Shown here: positions 12,610 to 23,734 of the stretch, in pieces
Position numbering within the stretch: position 1 is the first letter of the stretch
Layout: every line of letters starts with the position of its first letter
NCBI RefSeq assembly: GCF_018350175.1
Contig: NC_058368.1
Span: forward strand, 46,130,001 to 46,194,000
Reading direction: 5' to 3'
Source: Felis catus
Lineage: Eukaryota
DNA length: 64,000 nt
The notes under the pieces: generated by a model
Database searches by the model: none
Seen by the model: only the letters and a program-made list of their open reading frames with translations
What the model was told of the DNA's origin: nothing
Made by a program: the position numbers and the translations under genes

Positions 12610-12900
12610 TTATGCCAACCTCAGCATGTCATCTGGGCTTTTAGATTCCCAGGCTGCAAAAATCCCAGATAGCACATTCAGACATGATCATGTATAGTAA
12701 ATTAAGACGAACCTTTCCAAAGGATCTCCTGGAACTTCCTTAACATCTCTGGCCAGAATTTTGTAATATACCTACTTCTAAACAAGTTCCAAGCAAGGAG
12801 AATACAAATATCAAGATCACTTAGACCAAATATGATGCAGGTCTGGCTAGGAAGGATGAAACCACCCTGGTCCAGGACCTGGCCACATCAAGACAGTATT
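12610..12900 (-). mobile_element. MaLR LTR fragment, MLT1J-like
   Basis: 'acttcct...ctggccagaatt...cctacttctaaac...gcaaggagaat...cttagaccaa' matches MLT1J-type LTRs in reverse. Confidence 0.6.
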
Positions 12901-12989
12901 CCTAAACTAAATTAGGCTACTCTACAAAGAATAAAGGGTGAAAGGTAGTAAATAGTTGCCATTTAGGTGAAAAAAAAAGTGGCACGGGA

Positions 12990-13215
12990 ATTAACAGATT
13001 GGATTAAAACAATTTGGATTCATACTGTAGTGTTATCCCCTATAAGCTATGTGATCTTGGAAAAATTTCTTACCCTTTATCTGACTATTTCCTTACCTGT
13101 AAAATAGAATTATACCACTAACTATCTTCTGGAGTAATTCTGAGGTTCAAATGTGTTAAAATGTATACAGATCTGAGAATCATGCCTAGCATAAGTGAGA
13201 ACACCTGTTTATTAT
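12990..13215 (+). mobile_element. MIR SINE
   Basis: 'agctatgtgatcttgg...tttccttacctgtaaaata...tgaggttcaaatg...gcctagcataagt'. Confidence 0.75.
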
Positions 13216-13247
13216 TATCAAATATACTTAAAAAATTGATATTATAA

Positions 13248-15240
13248 GGGTTTCTGGTTGAGCAAGTAAAGAGCTTAGAGGTCATAACTCCATCCTAACA
13301 ACAACCAAAAAGCTGAACAAACTGAAAAATGAGTAACTCTCAGATCTGTCAGAGGAGTGAGGTCATAGGGCCAATAGCTCTCCCCCAAATTGGAGAGTCC
13401 AGGGTAAATACAAAGAACACAATTTACTGGATCAGAAATCCATAAGCAGAAACCTTCAAATGAACACATTCTGGGTATTTAAATATGAACTATAATTGAT
13501 GAATTGCTGGTGGGTCAGTATAGACACATCAGAGGGTTTAAAACTCCAAAGGGATCCAGTAATAGGTCTTGGTGGGACTCACACACTTGTGAATTTTACC
13601 TTCAGAAGTTCAACCAGGTTCTCACACTGAGTATCAAAGAAAAGTCCCCTCTTGCTTCTGACAGGAGGAGGGGGGAAAAGGAACCATTTTGAAATAGAAC
13701 TAAATAAATGGAAAAAAAAATATTTGTTCACGGGTAGGGAGACTTAAATTTGTTCCTTCCAACTTGATCTATAGATTTATTACAATATCAACCATTCTGA
13801 GCAAGCTATTTAGTGCATATTGAGAAACTGATTCTAATGTTTATGTGGAGAGGTGAAAGACCCAGAAAAGCCAACACAGTATGGAAGGAGGAGAATCAAG
13901 TTGGAAGACTTGCAAACCCAACTTCAAGACTTACATGGAGCTACAATAGTCAACACAGTGTGGTGTTAGCGAAATAAACAAACAGATTGGCAGACCAGAA
14001 TACAGAGTCCCACAGAAATATAATCAGCTGATTTTCAACAAAGGAGCAAAGGAAACACAAGGGAGAAAGATTTTTTTTTTCCAATATAGTGGAACATTAT
14101 AATCGAACATTCACATGCAAAAAACTGAATCTAGACACAGATCTTCACAAAAATTAACTCAAAATGAATCACAGACCTAAATGTAAAATGCAAAACGATA
14201 AAAACTCCCTAGGAGAGAACCTAAATGACCTTGGGTTTGATGATGACTTTTTAAATACAACACCAAACGCATAATCCATGAAAGAAAGAATTGATAAGCT
14301 AGATTTCATTAAAATTAAAAACCTCTGCTCTCTGAAAGACACTGTTAAAAGAATGAAGACAAGCCACTGACTGCGATGAAATATTTGTAAAAAAAAAAAA
14401 AACATGTCTCATAAAAGACTATTATCCAAATTACAAAGAACCCTTCGAGTTCAACAGTAGGAGAACAAACAATCCAGTTAAAAAGTGGCTGAAAAACTGG
14501 AACAGACATCTCACCATAGAGGATGTATTAGGTAGCAAATAAGCATATGAAAAAATGCCCAGTGTCATGTTATCATGAAACTGAAAATTAAAACAACAAT
14601 GAAATACCACCACATATCTATTGGAATGGCCCAAATCCAAAACACTGACAACACCAAATGGTGCCATGGATGTGGAGAAACGTATACTGCCAGGGGGAAT
14701 GCAAAATGCTACAGCCACTTTGGAAGACAGTTTGGCAGTTTCTTATAGAACTAAACATGCTCTTAACATATGATCGGGCAATTACATTTGTATTTACATA
14801 AGCAAGTTGAAAACTATATCCCCCCCCAAATTTACACATATTTATGCAGCTTTATTCATAATTGCCAAAGTTGGAAACAACTAAGATGTCCTTCATCAGG
14901 GAATGGATAAATTGTGGTACATCCAGACGGCTGAATGTTATTCAGTGCTAAAACAAAACAAAACAAAACAAAACAAAACAAAAGCAGATCAAACCACTCC
15001 AACTACATAACACTGTGGAAAGGGCAATATTATGGAGACAGTAAAATGATCGGTGAGAAGAGGACTTTCGGGGCTATACAACTACTCTGTAGGATACTAT
15101 GATGGTAGATACATATCAATTTCCATTTGTGGCTATCCATAGAATGTACAACAAGAGTGACTCCTAATGTAAAGTGTGAACTTTGGGTAATGATTTGTCA
15201 GTGTACATTCACTGCAACCTAAAACCACTCTAAAAAACAT
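13248..15240 (+). mobile_element. Old L1 (L1MC-like): 5' UTR segment joined to ORF2 3' portion and 3' UTR
   Basis: 13248-13690 resembles an L1M 5' end ('ctccatcctaacaacaaccaaaaagctgaacaaactgaaaaat'). 13695-14950 has ORF2 motifs ('aacttcaagacttac', 'attttcaacaaaggagcaaag', 'cagccactttggaagacagtttggcagtt'). The 3' UTR ends near 'aaaaccactctaaaaaa'. Confidence 0.85.
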
Positions 15241-16063
15241 TCTGTTTATTACAGACGTACATCTTCAAATACATATTATATAAGTTAAATAATGGCCTTT
15301 TAGATATCACTGCAATGTAGTATCAGGGCTTATTTTGAGATCCTTTGGGGGCTAATATGAATAAAATTTCATCACCAGAAGGCCATTATGAGCTATAATC
15401 AGATTCATTATCCTTTATAAATTTCATAATAACTTTAGAAACTATAATTTAGTTTGAATTACTAAAGTTGGTTGTGCAAGAAATGGACTGAAAATTTTTA
15501 TTACATTTGCTTTAAATTAGATAGTCTCTAGTTATTTTCACTTGTTTGAAACACTAGGGAGGTGAATGAGCCAGGCCTGTGAAGTTTATATGATAGCAAG
15601 GTGACAGGACATGAAATAGCTAATTATGTAACTATTGAATTGCTTATCTGAGACATGTTATCAAAAAATACAGGATGCCGTCAGGGCTTAGAGTCAAGGA
15701 GCCAGATCTAGTCTCTGGAGTCAGGGCCCTGATACTTGGGTCAAGCCACCAAGGGTTAAGAAAAATTCACCAGGTGAAGGTACATTGGAGATTGATCCAG
15801 AAGTCAGCACGTATGAAGCCCTTCAGGGGAGATTAATGAAACCAACATCCTGAAGAAGTAGAGTCCTCACAACAAAAAAAGAGTGTTAAGAAACAACACT
15901 GGCAGACCGAATAAATGAGATCAGAGAGATACCTGTAGAGCACGGTGGGAAACTTATTATCCTAAAAACAATTATCAATTTAATAATTTGATCCATCCAA
16001 CGTAGGATGATGATATTATAGCAGTTTTTTGAGGGATAAGAGTGATTTGAACTAACTTTTTGA

Positions 16064-16266
16064 GGGGCGCCTGGGTGGCGCAGTTGGTTAAGCGTCCGAC
16101 TTCAGCCAGGTCACGATCTCGCGGTCCGTGAGTTCGAGCCCCGCGTCGGGCTCTGGGCTGATGGCTCAGAGCCTGGAGCCTGTTTCCGATTCTGTGTCTC
16201 CCTCTCTCTCTGCCCCTCCCCCGTTCATGCTCTGTCTCTCTCTGTCCCAAAAATAAATAAACGTTG
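16064..16266 (+). mobile_element. Young felid SINE (SINEC_Fc) with essentially no poly-A tail
   Basis: CpG-rich head 'ggggcgcctgggtggcgcagttggttaagcgtccgacttcagccaggtcacgatctcgcggtccgtgagttcgag'; direct repeat ttgaactaactttttga at 16047-16063 and 16264-16280. Confidence 0.97.
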
Positions 16267-16685
16267 AACTAACTTTTTGAAACAAGATATGGATAAATAT
16301 CTGAAAGAAAAATCAACAGGATTTAATGATCATCCTTGGAATATCAATGTATAGTATGGAAAATTATACGTTCTATTCTCTTTGATAAGAAGAATTATGT
16401 TCTCACTGATGTTTGAGAACACTACAGGCTTCCATGTATGGCTGTGATGCCTTCACAAAACAGCATATCACCCCTCATATCTTTGCAGCCAGAACAGTAT
16501 AACCACCTCACATCCATGTCATAAAGATCCACCAACATAGTACTTAGTGAACAAGAGTTTGCTACACTGAGGAGAGGAAAGTTCTCAACTTTGGCTACAA
16601 TGAAGCCTCAAAATTTCTAAGATATATGGATAATTAAACCATCTCTATATTATCAACATGTCTATCTAATTTAAAATGAATATTC

Positions 16686-16805
16686 GGGGCACCTGGCTGG
16701 CTCAGTCGGAAAAGCATGCAACTCGTGAGTTCAGGGTCATTAGTTTGAGCCCCATGTTGGGTGTAGAAGCTAATTAACTGAGTAAATAAAAAACTTTAAA
16801 AAAAC
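16686..16805 (+). mobile_element. Short older carnivore SINE (tRNA-derived head, no CT tract)
   Basis: 'ggggcacctggctggctcagtcgg...agtttgagccccatgttgggtgtaga' followed by an A-rich tail. Confidence 0.85.
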
Positions 16806-16809
16806 TAGA

Positions 16810-16931
16810 GGGGATCCTGGGTGGCTCAGTCAGTTGAGCATCCAACTTCTGCTCAGGTCATGATCTCCTGGTACATGAGTTAGATGGAGCCCCACATTGA
16901 GCTTGCTGCTGTCAGCACAGAGCTTGCTTGG

Positions 16932-16985
<54 letters not shown>

Positions 16986-17037
16986 ACCCCTCTCCTGGTC
17001 GCTCTCTCTCAAAAATAAATAAACATTAAAAAAAAAA
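16810..17037 (+). mobile_element. Carnivore SINE (SINEC)
   Basis: Head, long (CT)n tract, 'aaaataaataaacatt' and poly-A. Confidence 0.92.
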
Positions 17038-17046
17038 CCTAGGTAA

Positions 17047-17280
17047 GGGGTGTTTGGGTGGCTCAGTTGCTTGTGTCCAACTCTTGATTTCAACTCAGGT
17101 CACGATCTCATGGTTCATGAGACTGAGCCCCGCATGAGGCTCTGCACTAACAGTATGGAGCCTGCTTGGGATTCTCTCTCTCTCCCCCTCTCTCTGCCTC
17201 TTCCCTGCTCATGCTTTCTCGCTCTTTCTCAAAAATAAATAAACTTTTCTTTAAAAATTCTCTAAAAAATAAAAATAAAA
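17047..17280 (+). mobile_element. Carnivore SINE (SINEC)
   Basis: 'ggggtgtttgggtggctcagttg...ctcaggtcacgatctcatgg...aaaaataaataaac'. Confidence 0.92.
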
Positions 17281-17457
17281 TATTATGCCTTATTGTATAG
17301 CACCACTAACACTAACCTTAAAGATTCTACCTGAGAATAAGTTCAAACAAAATGAAAGCAAATAATAAGGGTAATAGAATAATAAAACAATAATGAATAT
17401 GTAATAGAGAGGATCAAGATAGCCAAAAGCTAGTTCTTTTAAAAGTCTAATAAAATT

Positions 17458-17663
17458 GTGGCACCTGGGTGGCTCAGTTGGTTGAGCATCTGACTTTGGC
17501 TCAGGCCATGATCTTGAGGTTCAGAAGTTCAAGTCCCGCATCAGGCTCACTGCTGTCAGCACAGAGCCTGCTTTAGATACTCTGTCCCCCTCTCTCTCTG
17601 CCCTTTCCCTTGCTCATGCTCTCTCTCCCTCTCTTTCTCTATCTCAGAAATAAATAAACATTT
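17458..17663 (+). mobile_element. Carnivore SINE inserted in L1
   Basis: TSD aaaagtctaataaaat at 17441-17456 and 17664-17679. Confidence 0.93.
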
Positions 17664-17785
17664 AAAAGTCTAATAAAATGGATTAACTTCTGGAAACTGA
17701 TCAAGGAAAAAAAAGATACAAGGTACAAGGAAACAGTATTAATAACAAAAAGGAGTATATTCATTCAGATGCAGGAGAGATTAAA

Positions 17786-18319
17786 CAATGCTTCTCAAAA
17801 CAATGTGTTTACAAATAACTTGAAGACTGTATTAGTTCACTAGGGCTACATAACAAAATACTATAGACTGGGTTGCTTAAACAACAGAAATTCATTTTCT
17901 CACAGTTCTGGAGGCTTGAAGTCCTAGGTGAAGGTGCGGGCAGTTTGGGCTTCTCCTAAGGCCTCTCTCCATGGCTTATAGATGATCCCCTGCTTTCTGT
18001 GTCCTCCCATGGCCTTTCCTCTGCATTTCCTCTTCCTCTTCTTATAAGGATACTGGTTATATTTCATTAGAGCCCACCTGTATGACTTCATTTAACCTTA
18101 ATTACTTCTTAAAGGTCCTATCACTAATTACAGTCACATTCTGAGGTATTGAGTGTTAGGACTTCCACATAGCAATTTGAGGGGCAGGGGACACAATTCA
18201 GCCCACAACAGGGACTTCAGTAAGTAGGTTTGCAGTGGGACCCGAGGTTGAGCATCGCTAAAAAGCTCCCAGGTGATGCTAGTATCGCCTCTCTGCAGAG
18301 CGCATCTCAAATAGCAAGG
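17786..18319 (-). mobile_element. MER5A1-like MITE split by MLT1B
   Basis: Left end 'caatgcttctcaaaa'; right part 'aagctcccaggtgatgct...aatagcaagg'. Confidence 0.7.
17828..18210 (-). mobile_element. MaLR solo LTR, MLT1B/MLT1A-like
   Basis: Starts 'tgtattagtt...agactgggttgcttaaacaacagaaatt...ctcacagttctggaggc' and ends 'gggacacaattcagcccacaaca'. Confidence 0.9.
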
Positions 18320-18939
18320 TAATAAAAAGATGAAAATAAATATTTTTAATAACTTTAAACTGATAAGTGAAAAAATTAGATGAAAGAAGAAATTCTTAGA
18401 AAAGTATAGATTAACAAATGATTCAAGAAAAAAAAACCTAAATTGTCTTATAATCATGAAACATTTAAATTATTTTTTTTCATCCGAGCAAAGCTTGGAT
18501 CCATACAGCTTTAGAGATGAGTAGTTGCAAACATGCAAGTGGAGGGAATTAGAAGCCTGCAGAAATATTTCATGGAAAGAGAGAGGTAGTATTCCCCAAC
18601 TTGCTTTCTGAGGCTACTATGAACTTGTTACCATAACCATATGAGAAAGAGAAACCACAATCTAGTTTCATTCATGAAGATAGATGCTTAATCAAACACT
18701 AAAACTAAATATTAGCCAAATGAACCCAACAATATAGAAAAGTGGTAATATATCTTATCCCAGTTGAGTTCACTCCAGACACATTTTGTTTTAACATGAG
18801 AAAATGTATATTAAAATAAGGCACATTAATTGACTAAAAAGAAAATCTTAATATGTTATCTACCCGGTACAGAAAAGTAATTTTGATAGAAGTAAAAATC
18901 CATCTATAAGACATGCTCTTAGAAAAGTAGGCACAGTAC

Positions 18940-19160
18940 AGTGATTCAGTGGGTTTAGGATAGGGCCTGAGAACTTTAATTCTTTCTCTTTTTTCAAAGT
19001 AACCTGGACACCCAACATGTGGCTCGAACTCATGACCCCAGGATCAAGAGTGAGATGCTCCACTGACTGAGCACTGGCACTCAAGAACTTACATTCTTAA
19101 CTAATTCCCAGATGGTGCTGATACGGCTGTTCAGGAGGCAACACGCTGAGACCTGCAGTC
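18940..19160. mobile_element. MER5A-like MITE interrupted by a short SINE
   Basis: 'tgattcagtgggttt...gggcctgagaactt' resumes as 'acattcttaactaattcccagatggtgctgat'. Confidence 0.6.
18980..19080 (-). mobile_element. Short carnivore SINE
   Basis: 'cacccaacatgtggctcgaactcatgacccc...gatcaagagt...ccactgactgagc' is a reverse tRNA-derived head; imperfect TSD agaactt(t)a. Confidence 0.8.
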
Positions 19161-19334
19161 CATGGGTCAATAAGGCCTATGTTGCCATTTAATCCTCTCT
19201 GGCTTCAGCTAATGTTGAAAAATAGCAAAACTTCCCAATACTCTCAAATCCATAAAACTTAAAATGTGTACTAACAGATGTAAAGGTTGCAAGTAAAAGA
19301 GATAATTTTGTGTCATTTAAAATTAACAAAGATA

Positions 19335-19502
19335 GGGGCGCCTGGGTGGGTGGCTCAGTCAATTAAGCATCTAACTTCGGCTCAGGTCACAATCTCACGG
19401 TTCTTGAGTTCGAGTCCTGTATCAGTCACACTATGTGTTGGCTGGTCTCCCTCTCTCTGCTCCTCCCCTGCTTTATCTCTCTCAAAAATAAATAAACTTT
19501 AA
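19335..19502 (+). mobile_element. Carnivore SINE
   Basis: 'ggggcgcctgggtgggtggctcagtc...ctcaggtcacaatctcacgg...aaaataaataaac'. Confidence 0.9.
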
Positions 19503-19679
19503 AGTCAATAATGATATAATGTTCATTTCCTCAGTTGACACAGGCCTGCGTCACATTACACATTACATCACAGGGCTGCTGTTAGTACAACCATTTCATG
19601 AGCCTAGAATGAAAAAGGGAAGTAACACTCATGTGTGCTTATGTGTGGAAACATACAAAACAGAAAACAAAAAAATGTC

Positions 19680-19694
19680 TTTCTCTCTCCCTCT

Positions 19695-19763
<69 letters not shown>

Positions 19764-19831
19764 ACAAAAATATATGTGTGTATATCTATCTATATACATA
19801 CATATATATGTGTATATATATATACACACAC

Positions 19832-19866
<35 letters not shown>
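19680..19866. repeat. Compound microsatellite (CT)n-(AT)n-mixed RY-(GT)n
   Basis: Directly visible. Confidence 0.95.
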
Positions 19867-19868
<2 letters not shown>

Positions 19869-20126
19869 CATTTTCCCCCCAGAAAGTTCCCAGGAGCTGG
19901 CTTACATGATATACTTTTAAATAGATTTCTGATAGCCTTCTTCCAGCTGCAGCCGTGAGGTCTACCAATATTCCTGGTACGATCTATGGAATTCATCTTC
20001 ATCATGGAACTATGTACACTTTGCACTCATGATCCTAGTTGGATTTATTAGGGTGCAGAGCAGGCCAATCCAAATGACCATCTGAACACACTGCAATGTT
20101 ATATTTAAAACCCTCCTTACTTTCAT

Positions 20127-20280
20127 CAGTGGTTCTCAGCCAGGGATGAGTTTGTCCCAGGGTACATTTAGCAATGTCTGGAGATATTTTTGGTTGTCAT
20201 AACCTGGGAGGTGGGGGCAGGGAGTGGTATTGATATCTAGTGGATAGAGGTCTGGAATGCTGCTAAACATCCTCCTAAAC
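20127..20280 (+). mobile_element. MER20 (hAT-Charlie), 3'-truncated
   Basis: 'cagtggttctca...gcaatgtctggagatatttttggttgtca...atctagtggatagagg...atgctgctaaacatcct'. Confidence 0.9.
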
Positions 20281-23200
20281 TTCCGTCCTCCCCCTCCCGC
20301 TTTCTTTGTACCCCCAACTCTCTGTCTCTTTGTTTCTCTTCCTCTTCTTCCTACCTTCTCCTTCTTCCTCTCCCCCTCTCCCCTCACTCACCTTTATGGT
20401 AAATTTCATCTTAGGAGACTCCTCATGTCATCATGCAAATATACCTACCCTATCACTCCTATAAATATTCCCAGCATGTCTAAACTGAGAACTTCTTTAA
20501 ACATCTTGATGACATGGGTCATATTAGTTCAGACTACGGTTCCAAAAGCAAAGTCAAGGAAACTCTGTAGACTGACCAAGGTAACGCCACACAAGAATAG
20601 GCAAAGGCAGCAACTAATTTGATCCCTATAATTTCCAACTAAAGACTGCTTTGAACTTATGGTCACCTTTTCTGCTGGCTCTGTTCCAACAGGTTGTTTG
20701 AGTTTCTCCCTGGTGCTTGGTAATACCTTTACTTAGAAAGAAACATTTTTAAATACTATTTGATGTAGTGCCTTAAAAAGACTTTTATATGCGTATATTC
20801 ATGATTATGCTATTGCATTTTGGACAAACATATACCAAGGGGGAATATTTCAAGGACAAAAGGTAGATTAAATAATATAGGAATAATGTAAGAGTAGACA
20901 CTTCTGGCTAATTTCTAAATGATGTGATTAAGATCTCTAAATTCAGATAAACTGAAACTGCTTCTTTAATACAACTGTTTATAAGTATTCATATGACATG
21001 AATTAATAACGTTATTTTTAATATGCATCAATTATACACAGTCTTCATTTATCAGAAGGATTTTTCTTAAAAAAAAAAAACAACAGAGAAAAGAAAACCT
21101 TTCTGACTTTATTATGCAAAAGCCATCAGACATTGTCAAACTAAGACAATCATCTTGATTATTTTTGGTTGTTTGGAGGATAAGTAAAATCCACCCAGAC
21201 TAGAAAGTAGCTCTTGGGAGGCAAGCAATTTGGTTTTGTAATGAGGTACGCTTTCTCAGAAGGTGATTACAATGGAGTCTGAGGGGATAGGGATGAAAGC
21301 CTTCATATATTATCTTTTATTTCTTAAAGTCTTTTATATCAGAAAGCTCGAGAAATGTGGTCAAATAGTCTTTGGGGGTTGAAGTATCCTCCAGTGAACT
21401 GCTTTGATACCAACATGGCTACACGCGTAGGACACAAACAGCCCTGCGTTTGCTCCTTCAGGCACTTTTTCACCACATGTACTTCACAGCTGGTGATACC
21501 AGTTGAGGTTGAATGGTCCAGCGAAGATCAGAGCTAAATTTTGCTCTACTGTCCTTCTGTTATCTCCAGTACCCAATGAAAAGAGACATTACACCAGGTA
21601 ATGCACGTGGAAATGTATCGGTATGTTTTCATAATGACAGAAGAATCTTCCAGCTATACTCACACTGCATATCTGGTTTTTTTTTTATTATTATTCAAAA
21701 TATAGATGCAAAGACTAGCTTTAAATAAATGTTCCACTTCATTTATGGATACATATTTTTCGATGAAAGAGTTACTAAATTCATAAGATTTGGGGGACCT
21801 TTTTCATAAATCAATATAAAAGACAACTCAAATTTCATTTCTTGAAAAATAAAAATACACACATCAGAATTTCACTAGTAGTTTGGGAAATAAGATTCTG
21901 TTTTGGTATACCCTTTACTAGACTTTTTTGACCACATTGTACCTTGCTACTTTTACAATTATCTTGCTACTTTTTCTAGATTAGAGAAACAGTGCAGCTG
22001 TCAATTTGAAAGCTAAATGGGATTCAAAATGGGATTTTGTGGATGAAATTAAACAGAATGAATTATGTTCTACAGTATGTTTTATAAAGTGTTATGATCA
22101 GCTGGTGAGGACAAATGAAAAGGTGGACTTCTTTCTCTAAAGAGAAAAGAAATTCATAAAGATATATATAAGGGAAATTGTTGTTTGCAGTTGTCATAAA
22201 TAAATATACTATGTTGGAGTAGGAATTTGTCTAATTAATAGAAATAGAATATTTATAACAAGACAATTCAAAACAGATGATCAGGAGAAAGACACTAGCT
22301 ACGAAAGAGGAAGATGGCCAATGCTTTTCTTCTTGCAATCCAAAGAGTGAAATAAGTCCGTGGGATTCAATCAGGTGTACTCAGGGATATGGTCGAGACT
22401 GGACAGGGTAGGGGCTTCTCCTAATAGAGTAGGGACTGGGTCCTCTTTTCATGCTAATAGTAATGTAATGAAAATTTTGCCTGCAAACTAGGCAGCAGAA
22501 ATAACCAAGTTCAGATTGATAAGCTACTTAATACCTCCACTGTAGGTGAAACTATGGGACAGTTTAGCTGAGGTTTGTGGGAAAAGGGAGTTAAGTTTTA
22601 TAGGGGTAAAAGATTTGGTCAAGGGATAAAAGGAATAACATTGAAACTACAACTTCAAAACTTCTTGGGCATTACCCAGCTGTGCCACTCACTGAAGGGA
22701 CTACAAATAAGTACATGCAATAAATTAAACATTCGCAAATTTGTGAGGTCTCACCTATTCTATCTGATAATTGGTGCTGCCTAGGAGGAACAATTATGTT
22801 AAGAAAGCTCAGAATTTATCTCCTAGTGTTTTGTTTGTTTGTTTGCTGTTTTGGTATTAACTTAAGGAAACAGGCTCTTTTGCTGCCATTTTATTCATGC
22901 TTCTTCCCGCCAACTCAGTCAGTCAATGACATCAAAACAAAAATTATTTTCCTTATATATTCTTTAAGAATTGGACCATGTAATGAATAAGGACAAGATG
23001 TAAATTTTAGAAATTCAAAAAATTAACAAAAAAATGTCGCTTACCATTTTCAAAGCTTTATCAGCTCTGAATTATGTATTTTATTTAGAAACATTTTAAA
23101 TCCTATTTACTTTATTGCCTTAGCAAGGTTTTTATATAAGTTTATATAGTAATTATGTTATTACATTCTGAATTTACACAATAGAAAAACTGAATACCTC

Positions 23201-23469
23201 ATGTTTATTTAGAAATATATATATAAAATTTCCCCTAACTTGTATTTGTGCAGACTACCTCAGAAAGTTTAATACAGTTTTATTAACTATTATTATATCC
23301 TGAATGTATTTTAGTTATTCACTTTTAAACCGTGCTCTGCTTATACTGTAAACAAACATTATAAATAATATTAGCAAGATATGGAAGAACAAATGAATAT
23401 TTTTAAATCATAGTATTTAAATCAATAATATTTTAAATCATAATTTTTAAAATCAATATACTTTATGAT

Positions 23470-23730
23470 ATTAACACTCTTAAAGAAAAACCCACCTATG
23501 ATCATCTCACTAAACGTAGAAGAGTATTTTACAAATTTCAGCAAGGGGTCCTGAGAAGAAAAACTCCCATCAAACTAGAAATGGCAGGAAAGTTCTGCAA
23601 GTCAACAAGGAATACCCACGGAAACCCTATGGCCGACATCATATGTAATGGTGAAAGACGAGAAATGTTTTCCCCCTAAGATCATGAGCAAGTCAAGGAT
23701 GTCCAGTCTCACCACTTCTATCCAACACAG
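23470..23730 (+). mobile_element. L1 ORF2 RT fragment
   Basis: 'atgatcatctca...ttccccctaagatcatgagcaagtcaaggatgtccagtctcaccacttcta' resembles MIIS...FPLRSGTRQGCPLSPLL. Confidence 0.85.
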
Positions 23731-23734
23731 TTCA

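Larger units (their letters stand above)
17300..18930 (+). mobile_element. Old L1 ORF2 relic, interrupted by a SINE, MER5A1 and MLT1B
   Basis: 'agccaaaagctagttcttttaaaagtctaataaaat' resembles KSWFFEKINKID; later 'tctgaggctactatgaacttgttacca', 'aaatattagc', 'ttttgatagaagtaaaaatcc'. Confidence 0.7.

Noticed and set aside
15975..16250. ORF MGQRETEHERGRG..., with a near-identical ORF at 62473-62682
   Set aside because: These are antisense translations of SINEC_Fc copies, not paralogous genes.
16686..16770. tRNA-like sequences with A/B boxes
   Set aside because: These are tRNA-derived SINE heads followed by SINE bodies or tails, not tRNA genes.
19519..20026. Overlapping ORFs rich in SL, YI, CV, RE and TH repeats
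   Set aside because: They are translations of dinucleotide microsatellites.
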